Part shown: positions 39,329-46,691 of the stretch, piece after piece
Layout: every line of letters begins with the position of its first letter
How positions within the stretch are numbered: position 1 is the stretch's first letter
Assembly: GCA_002409445.1 (NCBI GenBank)
Contig: DHNJ01000274.1
Location: forward strand, 9,758-59,668
Origin: Armatimonadetes bacterium UBA5419
GTDB taxonomy: Bacteria > Armatimonadota > UBA10988
Length of the DNA: 49,911 bases
Direction: 5' to 3'
Translations under genes and position numbers: made by a program
Notes under the pieces: generated by a model
Told to the model about the DNA's origin: nothing
What the model saw: the letters and a program-made list of their open reading frames with translations, nothing else
Database searches by the model: none

Positions 39329-40501
39329 ATGAAGAACCTCTGGCGATCGTTGGCCTCTCTGGCCGCCTCTATCCTGGCCCTAGCCCTGCTCGCCGCCTGT
39401 GGCAGCGGCGGCGGCGGCGGGAGCACCCCACCCCCGCCGTCCTCGAAGCTGGTGGTCGTACCCAGCGCCGTCTCGGTCGAGGCCGAGCAGACAGTCCGGC
39501 TGCAGGCCAGCGTGGCCGGCGTCACCGACCCGGTGTTCACCTACACCCTCCAGGCCCCGGCCGGCGTGGCGGCGACCGATGTGGCGACCCGCTTCGGCGT
39601 GCTCTCGCCCAACGGTAGCTTCACCGCCGCGGCCAACGCACGGCCCGGTCTGCGCGGCAGCATCGTCGTGCGCGAGACACGACGCAACGTGTCGGCCACG
39701 GTACCGGTGGTGATTGTGCCGTTCGTCAAGCAGGTGGTCGTCACGCCAACGTCCGCGTCGGTACTTGCGGGTCAGACTCAGACCTTCACCGTCGTGCCGT
39801 TCGACATCAACGGCAACCCGATCCCGGACTTTGTGGTCGACTGGCGCGTGACCGGTGGGATCGGCACGATCACGCCCGCCGGTCTGTTCACTGGAACCAA
39901 CGCCGGCTCCGGCACCGTCACCGCGAAGATCGGTGACGCGGCGGCCGTCAGCGTGCCGGTCACCGTGGTCGGCTCAGTGGTCGGTCTAGCTATCCAGCCC
40001 GCGGGCAACCCGATCCTGGTCGAGGCCGGAGTCCGGCGCCAATTCCGCGCGGTCGTGCGCGACGCGGCCGGGCGAGAGACGGAGGTCAAGGCCACCTGGA
40101 CCGTGAGCGAAGCGGTCGGCACGATCAGTGCCGCGGGCTTGTTCACCGCGACCAAGACCGTCGGCGCGACCGGTACCCTAACCGCCACCTACCAGACCCA
40201 GAAACTGTCGCTGCCGATCCGGATCGTTCCGCTGGTGCCGCCGCCCGGTCTGCCGGCGAACATCAAGGGCCGGGTCGACCAAGGCGGCCAACCGGCGAGC
40301 AACGTGAAGGTCGAGGCCTTTGCCAGCGGCCAGACGACGGCCACGGCCAGCGGGACCACCGGCAGCGACGGGGAATACTACTTCTGGCTGCCCGCCGGCT
40401 CGTATGAGATTGTCGCGACCAAGGGCTCGGCGGTGGTCAAGCGGGTGGCGAATCTGCTGTCCGCGGATGACGTGCGGGTGGTCAACTTCGTCCTCCCGTA
40501 G
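39329..40501 (+). CDS. lipoprotein with three Big_2 (bacterial Ig-like) domains and a carboxypeptidase-regulatory-like domain
   Basis: Lipobox LLAAC followed by GSGGGGGS. There are three repeats of the pattern V.P....v..G.t..f.a......V.W.vs..iGTIs.aGLFTa. The C-terminus reads IKGRVDQGGQPASNVKVEA...DGEYYFWLPAGSYEIVA. Confidence 0.7.
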   Translation: MKNLWRSLASLAASILALALLAACGSGGGGGSTPPPPSSKLVVVPSAVSVEAEQTVRLQASVAGVTDPVFTYTLQAPAGVAATDVATRFGVLSPNGSFTAAANARPGLRGSIVVRETRRNVSATVPVVIVPFVKQVVVTPTSASVLAGQTQTFTVVPFDINGNPIPDFVVDWRVTGGIGTITPAGLFTGTNAGSGTVTAKIGDAAAVSVPVTVVGSVVGLAIQPAGNPILVEAGVRRQFRAVVRDAAGRETEVKATWTVSEAVGTISAAGLFTATKTVGATGTLTATYQTQKLSLPIRIVPLVPPPGLPANIKGRVDQGGQPASNVKVEAFASGQTTATASGTTGSDGEYYFWLPAGSYEIVATKGSAVVKRVANLLSADDVRVVNFVLP

Positions 40502-40507
40502 TAGTGA

Positions 40508-40536
40508 TTGAATCGACGTGAACCATGTGCTAGACT
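40508..40536 (+). promoter_or_regulatory. sigma-70-type promoter (TTGAAT-17 nt-TAGACT) with an ~80-nt GC-rich leader
   Basis: TTGAAT at 40508-40513, TAGACT at 40531-40536, with TG at -15/-14 (TGcTAGACT). Confidence 0.5.
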
Positions 40537-40618
40537 GCGCCCAGGTCCGCGCCGGAGAGAGCGCGCTGCCAGGGCAGCCACGGGAGTCCGCTGCCGCGAA
40601 CGCCCAGGAGAGGGATGA

Positions 40619-41245
40619 ATGATGCAACGCTGGAGCAAGACCTCGCGCTTGATCATGGGCCTCGGTGCCCTGCTTGGCCTGGCCATCATGGCCGGCTGTG
40701 GTGGTAGCAGCAGTAGTACGCCCCCGGGCGGCAACGCTGTATTGAATGGTCGCGTCCTCGACGCGGCCGGTAAGCCTGTGCCGGGTGTCCGCATCACGGT
40801 TGCGGGCCGCACAGCGACCACCGACGCCAATGGCAACTACCGGTTGACCGGGCTGCCCAACACTGGTACCTGGAGCGTTTCGGCGTCTAAGGCCGGCTAC
40901 CAGACCTTCAATACGACGGTGCCCGCCGGCACGTCCAGCCTGCCGATCACCCTGGTGCCCGGCACCGGCGCGACGGCTACGCTAACTGGTAAGGTCACCG
41001 ATCGGGTCACCGGGCAAGCCATCGCCGGAGCCAAATTGGCCGTCGGCAACCTGAGCGCCACGAGCGCCGCCGACGGCACCTACCGCCTGGCGGGCGTGCC
41101 CGCGGCTGCCGACTTCACGCTGGTCGCCTCGCGAACCGGTTACGAGACACTGTCGCAGACTGTACGCTCGGGCACGCGGACGGCCAACGTCCAGTTGGTG
41201 AAGAGCACGGACGGCCCGCCTGCACCGCCGGTCTTCCCGAACTAA
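40619..41245 (+). CDS. lipoprotein with two carboxypeptidase-regulatory-like domains
   Basis: Lipobox IMAGC followed by GGSSSS. Two copies of the pattern L.G.V.D...G.p..G..i.v......T...G.Y.L.G.P are present. Confidence 0.7.
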   Translation: MMQRWSKTSRLIMGLGALLGLAIMAGCGGSSSSTPPGGNAVLNGRVLDAAGKPVPGVRITVAGRTATTDANGNYRLTGLPNTGTWSVSASKAGYQTFNTTVPAGTSSLPITLVPGTGATATLTGKVTDRVTGQAIAGAKLAVGNLSATSAADGTYRLAGVPAAADFTLVASRTGYETLSQTVRSGTRTANVQLVKSTDGPPAPPVFPN

Positions 41246-41331
41246 CCTATCACCCAAACTACTGGGACGATGGCCCAGGCTGCGCCTAGCTCCGGCAGGG
41301 CTCAGCCTGGGTTCATCGTGACTACTCACCC

Positions 41332-42864
41332 ATGCGTCGCTCGCCACTCCTAGTCACCGGCGCGCTGTTGCCGCTCGGCCTGGCGTTCATCGCCTGGCAG
41401 GTCGCGCTGAGCCGCGCCGCGACTCCGGACGACGGTTGGGTACCGTCGCCGTCCGCGGTCACGGTCACGTTCCTTGACCACTCCGAACGCCAGCTCAACC
41501 GCCATGGCCAGATCACCGGCGAGTTCCAGGCGGGTCGGCTCGATGTGTTGAGCAACGGGGACTATACCATCCAGGATCTGGAGCAGGGCGTCTGGCAGCG
41601 CGGCGAGAACGAACTGCTCTTCCGCGCCGACAACGCCCGACTCGAGGCGATCAGTCACGACCTTGCCCTCTCCGGTAAGGTCGTCGCCCGTGGCGCGGCA
41701 GGGCTCACCCTACGCGCGCCGGCCGCATTTTACTTCCAGAGCGAGGACAAGCTCTTCGTGCCCGAACTGGAGCAGCTCGACTGGCCCGGCCCGCCACAGC
41801 CCGACGGCAGTCCCGCCACTGGGCCCGCGGTGATCATCCGCAGCCAGCGCCTCTTCCTCTGGCCGGGGCAGGGCCGGCTCAACTTGCCTGATCCGCTGAC
41901 CGCGATCCGCGGGGAGGACCAACTGGTCGCCGAGGCGGCGTCAGCACTGGCCGCCAAGGGGCAGATCGCGCTGCTCGGCCCCGCGACCCTGACCGCCAAG
42001 CTCGCGGGCGACGCGGGTCCGCGCCCACTGCTGCTGACCTCCGACACCGGTGGCCAGATCACCTACAACACGACCAGCGGCGCAGCGACCATGGCCGGCG
42101 GCATGGCCGCGCAGCTGCCCACCGACGGTGTGCGGCTGACCGCCGCGACCGCCACCTACAGCGGACACCATACCCGCACCCTGGAACTGTCTGGCCGCGT
42201 GGGGCTGAACGACCCTTCCGGCAGCCTCACCGCCGAGCGCGGCCGTGTGACCCTGGCCAACCAACGCGCCGCCTTCAGCGGCAACGTCACCTTCGACCAC
42301 GTCGGCGAGTCCGGCCCGCTCAGCCTCCGCGCGCACCAGGTCATCTACGACTACGCCCCGAGCGCGCGGCGGGCCGCGGCGCGCGGAGACGTGGCGTTGT
42401 CGACCAATGAAGCCGACGCCACCGCGCCCTCGCTCAGCGTCAACCTGCACGCCGAGACCGCCGCGCTGACCGGTGGTGTCCACCTGCGCACCAAGCCCGG
42501 TGCCCTCGGCGCGCCGGCCAGCGGTGATGCGGTGGACCAGGCGCTCGCCACGCCCGTGGATGTCTACGCGCAGGCCATAGACCACAGCTACCGCCGCGGC
42601 GCGCGCTGGATGCGGGCGCGCGGGCGCGTGCGCTACGCGCAGGTAGATAGCTCCGGCCGCGGCGACCGTGAAGGCAGCTCCGATCATCTGCGTTTGGACC
42701 AGGAGCAACAAGTGCTGGTGCTCGAGGGGAACGTGAACTTCCGGAATCAGGCCGGCGAGCGCGCGCGCTGTGGCAAACTTACGTACAATCTACGGGCTGG
42801 CACGATGCTGATCGAACGCCCAATATCCGCTGAGCTGCATCTCAGCGACGAGGACCTGGATTGA
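41332..42864 (+). CDS. membrane-anchored protein built of repeated OstA/LptC/LptA-like beta-jellyroll segments (510 aa)
   Basis: N-terminal TM helix LLVTGALLPLGLAFIAW. Segments of the type A..a.y.......L.G.V recur: LFRADNARLEAISHDLALSGKVV, LTAERGRVTLANQRAAFSGNVTF, LSVNLHAETAALTGGVHL and LRLDQEQQVLVLEGNVNF. Assigned by pattern only. Confidence 0.45.
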   Translation: MRRSPLLVTGALLPLGLAFIAWQVALSRAATPDDGWVPSPSAVTVTFLDHSERQLNRHGQITGEFQAGRLDVLSNGDYTIQDLEQGVWQRGENELLFRADNARLEAISHDLALSGKVVARGAAGLTLRAPAAFYFQSEDKLFVPELEQLDWPGPPQPDGSPATGPAVIIRSQRLFLWPGQGRLNLPDPLTAIRGEDQLVAEAASALAAKGQIALLGPATLTAKLAGDAGPRPLLLTSDTGGQITYNTTSGAATMAGGMAAQLPTDGVRLTAATATYSGHHTRTLELSGRVGLNDPSGSLTAERGRVTLANQRAAFSGNVTFDHVGESGPLSLRAHQVIYDYAPSARRAAARGDVALSTNEADATAPSLSVNLHAETAALTGGVHLRTKPGALGAPASGDAVDQALATPVDVYAQAIDHSYRRGARWMRARGRVRYAQVDSSGRGDREGSSDHLRLDQEQQVLVLEGNVNFRNQAGERARCGKLTYNLRAGTMLIERPISAELHLSDEDLD

Positions 42865-43871
42865 TGCGACCGTCGTGGTGCCTGGTGCTGAGCCTGGCCC
42901 TGGCGCTCTGCGCGCTGGGCCAAACCGCCACGCCCCCACCCCCGCCACCCCCTGCTGAGCCCGCCGCCGACGCCGAGCCGGCGCGCACCACGACCCGGGT
43001 CCTCGTCTACAACCTTGACCCCAACACCCGCATCAGCACCGGCACCGATCGCAGCGTGGTCGCCCGCGGCAAGCTGCTGCTCGTCCTACCCGATGACGAG
43101 TTGATCGCCTATGCGGACAACATTGACTACTCCGGCACGCAGACTGGCATCGCCACGCTGACCGGCAACCTCCGCATGCTCTCCGGCGAGATTGTCGGCC
43201 ACGGGGACAAAAGCGCCATACCGCAGCCCGAGCACACGCTCGTCGGCGCCATCGCCTGGGTCTTCACCAAAGAGAAACGCGCGGTGGTCGAAGGTGACCT
43301 CGATGGCAAACTTGAGCGGACGGTCGTCCTCGTGCGCTCGCCCCAGGAGGAGATGCCCGAGGATGCCGACCGCTTCGACCGTGCGAAGTACGAGCCCCTA
43401 ACCCTTCGGTGCGACCGGCTCACCTTCTGGTACCGCCGCGGTGACCGCAAAGCCGTGGCCGCCCCGAAGGCGCCGAAGACCACGATCCACTTTGCCCAGG
43501 AGACCCAGCGCGGCACCGCCGGCCGGGCGACGTACTTCGAAATCCCCGAGGAGCGCGCCGACACGGGCGACATCCTCGACCTCGAGGGCGGCGTGTTGAT
43601 CAGCAACGACGACGGTGACTCGATCGAGGCCGGCGCTGCGCGCATCTTCGTCGACACCGAGACCTCGCAGTGGTTCATGCTCAAGAGCCTCGTGCTGAAC
43701 GTCGAAGAGGAGGACGAGGAGGAGACAGCGCCGGCCGAGCCGCCCGCTGAAACGCCGCCGGAGCCGACGCCCGAGCCCGAACCCACCGAGCCGCTACCCG
43801 AGCCGCCCACCGGCCAGGACGAGCCCGCCGCCCCGCCCGCGCCGCCGAGCGAGCCGTCGCTGCAGACCTAA
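42861..43871 (+). CDS. secreted OstA/LptA-like protein with a Pro/Glu-rich C-terminal tail
   Basis: Signal peptide MMRPSWCLVLSLALALCALGQ. Segments IAYADNIDYSGTQTGIATLTGNLRM and GRATYFE...ILDLEGGVLISNDDGDSIEAGAARIFVD are present. The tail reads EEEDEEETAPAEPPAETPPEPTPEPEPTEPLPEPP. There is a 4-nt overlap with the upstream gene. Confidence 0.45.
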   Translation: MMRPSWCLVLSLALALCALGQTATPPPPPPPAEPAADAEPARTTTRVLVYNLDPNTRISTGTDRSVVARGKLLLVLPDDELIAYADNIDYSGTQTGIATLTGNLRMLSGEIVGHGDKSAIPQPEHTLVGAIAWVFTKEKRAVVEGDLDGKLERTVVLVRSPQEEMPEDADRFDRAKYEPLTLRCDRLTFWYRRGDRKAVAAPKAPKTTIHFAQETQRGTAGRATYFEIPEERADTGDILDLEGGVLISNDDGDSIEAGAARIFVDTETSQWFMLKSLVLNVEEEDEEETAPAEPPAETPPEPTPEPEPTEPLPEPPTGQDEPAAPPAPPSEPSLQT

Positions 43872-43919
43872 CCGAACGTCCGCCCTCGTCCTGGCGTCCG
43901 TACCTAGGAGGAAGCCCGC

Positions 43920-44894
43920 ATGCCGTCCAATCCGCCGACCGCCGACGCCCGCCGCGAGATGCTGCGCCGCATGATGCTCGCTCGTCGCTTCGACGAGCGG
44001 CTGATGGACCTGTTTGGCGAGGGGCTTATTGGCGGCACGGCGCACGCGGCCTGCGGCCAGGAGGCGGCAGCGATCGGCGTCTGTGCGGCGCTGCGCCCAG
44101 GTGACCAGGTCACCAGCACGCATCGCGGCCACGGCCACCTGTTGGGCCTGGGCGGCTGCCCGCGGAAGCTCATGGCCGAGCTGTTCGGACGGGTCGATGG
44201 CTACTCGCGCGGACGCGGGGGCAGTCAGCACGTCGCCGCCTACGACATCGGCTTCCTCGGCAGCAACGGCATCACCGCCGGCGGCCTGCCCATCGCCACT
44301 GGCGCCGCACTGGCCCTGCACCATCAAGGCACCGACCACGTCGTCGCCGCCTTTCTCGGCGACGGCGCAACCGGTCAAGGCGCCTTCCACGAGGCGCTGA
44401 ATGTCGCCGCCGCCTGGAAGCTGCCAATCGTCTACGCCTGTGAGAACAACCTCTACGCCATGGGCACCGCGTTGAGCCAGACCTCCGCGCTCGACCACGT
44501 CGCTGAGCGGGCCGCCGGGTTCGGCATGCGCGGGGTTATCGTCGACGGGCAGGACGTCGATGCCGTCTACGCCGCGACCGACGAGGCCGTCGCGCGGGCC
44601 CGGGCGGGCGAGGGTCCCACCCTCCTGGAGTGCAAGACCTACCGCTACTTCGGCCACTCCAAGGGCGATCGCGACCGCCCGTACCGCACGCGCGAGGAAG
44701 AGCACGCCTGGACCGCGCGCGACCCGATCAGCCTCGCCGCCGGCCGCCTGGTCGACGAGGGACTGCTCGACGAGGCTAGTCTGGACGCGCTGTGGACCGA
44801 GACCGAGGCGCTCATCGACGACGCCGTCGCCTTCGCGCGCCAGAGCCCGGTGCCGGCGGCGGACGAGGCCACCATCGACGTATTCGCCGACTGA
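43920..44894 (+). CDS. TPP-dependent 2-oxoacid dehydrogenase E1 component, alpha subunit
   Basis: ERLMDLFGEGLIGGTAHAACGQEA, THRGHGH, the TPP fold GDGATGQGAFHEALN and CENNLYAMGT. An AGGAGG RBS is present. Confidence 0.85.
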   Translation: MPSNPPTADARREMLRRMMLARRFDERLMDLFGEGLIGGTAHAACGQEAAAIGVCAALRPGDQVTSTHRGHGHLLGLGGCPRKLMAELFGRVDGYSRGRGGSQHVAAYDIGFLGSNGITAGGLPIATGAALALHHQGTDHVVAAFLGDGATGQGAFHEALNVAAAWKLPIVYACENNLYAMGTALSQTSALDHVAERAAGFGMRGVIVDGQDVDAVYAATDEAVARARAGEGPTLLECKTYRYFGHSKGDRDRPYRTREEEHAWTARDPISLAAGRLVDEGLLDEASLDALWTETEALIDDAVAFARQSPVPAADEATIDVFAD

Positions 44895-44932
44895 CGAGCC
44901 CAAACGCCGGCCGGCAAAGAGACGCGCCCTCC

Positions 44933-44941
44933 TGGTACAAT
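44933..44941 (+). promoter_or_regulatory. extended -10 element TGgTACAAT upstream of the feo locus
   Basis: TG at 44933-44934 and TACAAT at 44936-44941. The predicted ~50-nt leader includes an AT-rich patch, CTAGATCAGAATGATTCCTAAC. Confidence 0.45.
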
Positions 44942-44997
44942 GGTGCTTGCGGGAACCTGCCTCCTAGATCAGAATGATTCCTAACAAGGCTTGAGCA

Positions 44998-45888
44998 ATG
45001 GCCGAACGCGAACAGCTCGAAGACGCGCTGAAACTGCTCTATGACGCGCTCGACAGCGGCGAGACCGTCCGCAGCGCCGACCTACCGGTGTCTGCGGAAC
45101 TGGTCGCCGCGGAGTTAGCACGGGATGCTGGCGACGGCACCCTGGCGCTGACCGACGCCGGCCGCGAGTACGCGCTGCAAGTTATCCGTGCCCACCGCCT
45201 CTACGAGACCTACCTGGCTCACCGCACCGGCCACCCCGCCGACGAGTGGCACCGCCAGGCCCATGCTGTCGAGCACACCCTAGATGCCGAGGCCGTCGAG
45301 GACATCGCCCGCGCGCTGGGTGACCCCCTCTACGACCCGCACGGCGACCCCATCCCGACCGCCGACGGCCAGTTGCCCCCGCCGCGCGGCTGCGGTCTGA
45401 GCGAGCGACCCGTCGGCTGGGCCGGACGAATCATCCACGTCGAGGACGAGCCGCCCGAGTTGTATCAGGTGCTGGCGCAGGCTGGATTCGCGCCGGACGT
45501 GCGCCTGCGCATCGAAGCCACCGGCACTGACGGCACGACCGTCCGCGTCGCCGGCCACACCGTGACGCTGAGCGCCGGGCAGGCCGCTCTGGTCCAATGC
45601 GACGGATTGCGACCTGACGAGGTCTTCGACGCCTCGGTCATCCGCCTGCGCGACCTGCGCGAGGGTGAGACCGCGGAGGTGGTCAGCATCTCGCCGCTGG
45701 TGCGTGGCCTGGCGCGCAGCCGCCTGCTCGACCTTGGCGTCGTGCCCGGTTCCGTGCTGACGATCGCCCTGCGCGGGCCGGGCGGCCAGCCGGTAGCGTA
45801 CCTCATCCGCGGCGCGACGATCGCCCTCCGCGAGGAGCAGACCGAGCGCATCATGATCCGGCGCCGCGCGGCTTCGGAGGCGGCATAA
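44998..45888 (+). CDS. DtxR/MntR-like metal-sensor module fused to two FeoA (SH3-like) domains
   Basis: LALTDAGREYALQVIRAHRLYETYL...HAVEHTLDAEAVEDIARALGDPLYDPHGDPIP aligns by eye to the DtxR dimerisation/metal-binding domain. It is followed by two FeoA-like segments (GRIIHVEDEPPELYQVLAQAGFAPDVRLRIEA and LREGETAEVVSISPL..RLLDLGVVPGSVLTI). Confidence 0.65.
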   Translation: MAEREQLEDALKLLYDALDSGETVRSADLPVSAELVAAELARDAGDGTLALTDAGREYALQVIRAHRLYETYLAHRTGHPADEWHRQAHAVEHTLDAEAVEDIARALGDPLYDPHGDPIPTADGQLPPPRGCGLSERPVGWAGRIIHVEDEPPELYQVLAQAGFAPDVRLRIEATGTDGTTVRVAGHTVTLSAGQAALVQCDGLRPDEVFDASVIRLRDLREGETAEVVSISPLVRGLARSRLLDLGVVPGSVLTIALRGPGGQPVAYLIRGATIALREEQTERIMIRRRAASEAA

Positions 45889-46691
45889 TGGCACGAACGA
45901 CGAGCCCCTGCGCGACCTGCGCCCTGTCCACCCCCCAGCTCGACCGGCTCGGCCTCGACGCCCAGGAAGTCGACTACGTAGTCGCCCTCGCCGGCAACCC
46001 GAACACCGGCAAGTCCACGGTCTTCAACAACCTCACCGGATTGCGACAGCATACGGGCAACTGGCCGGGCAAGACCATCGCCCGCGCCGAGGGCGCCTTC
46101 GCCTACCGCGGCGCGCGCTACCGCATCGTCGACCTGCCCGGCACCTACTCGCTGCTCTCCGCCACGCCGGACGAGGAGGTCGCCCGCGACTTCATCCTCT
46201 TCGGCAAGCCCGCCGTGACCATCGTCGTCGCCGACGCCACGCGGCTGGAACGCAACCTCAACCTGCTCCTGCAGGTCCTGCACATTACCGATCGCGCGGT
46301 GCTTTGCGTCAATTTCCTCGACGAGGCCGAAGCGCACGGACTGGTGCTTGACCTCGGCGGCCTGAGCACCGAGCTGGGCATCCCCGTTGTCGGCGCCGCC
46401 GCGCGCCAGGGCCGCGGCATCCCCGAGCTGCTCGAAGCCGTCGCCGACGTCGCCGAGGGCCGCGTCGAGTGTCGGCCGCTGCGGCCGCGCTTCGAGATCC
46501 CTGGGCTCGACCACGCCATCGCCGAGCTCCTGCCGCTGCTCGACCACGCCTACCCCGGCGTCTCGCACGCCGACTGGGTCGCGATGCGCCTGTTGGAGGG
46601 CGACGAAGAGATGGCCACGGCCGTCCGCGACGGGCATCTGGGCGAACTGCGCGCCGACCACGTGGCGACCGAGGCAGGCGGCCATGAGTGA
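45888..46691 (+). CDS. feoB: FeoB N-terminal GTPase (G-domain plus helical domain) as a separate ORF
   Basis: VALAGNPNTGKSTVFNNLTG (G1), DLPGTYSL (G3) and CVNFLDEAE (G4-like). The start overlaps the upstream stop as TAATG. Confidence 0.9.
   Translation: MARTTSPCATCALSTPQLDRLGLDAQEVDYVVALAGNPNTGKSTVFNNLTGLRQHTGNWPGKTIARAEGAFAYRGARYRIVDLPGTYSLLSATPDEEVARDFILFGKPAVTIVVADATRLERNLNLLLQVLHITDRAVLCVNFLDEAEAHGLVLDLGGLSTELGIPVVGAAARQGRGIPELLEAVADVAEGRVECRPLRPRFEIPGLDHAIAELLPLLDHAYPGVSHADWVAMRLLEGDEEMATAVRDGHLGELRADHVATEAGGHE

Noticed and set aside
40537-40618. Possible riboswitch (for example c-di-GMP) in the ~80-nt leader of the CarboxypepD_reg lipoprotein gene
   Set aside because: Only short GC hairpins and repeated CCAGG segments are present, and I recognised no match to a known riboswitch core. 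It is mentioned inside a finding rather than called as a feature.
41274-41311. Inverted repeat CCCAGGCTG...CAGCCTGGG after the 40619 gene, as a possible terminator
   Set aside because: The loop is 20 nt and no U-tract follows. It may still attenuate transcription, but the support is too weak to list as a feature.
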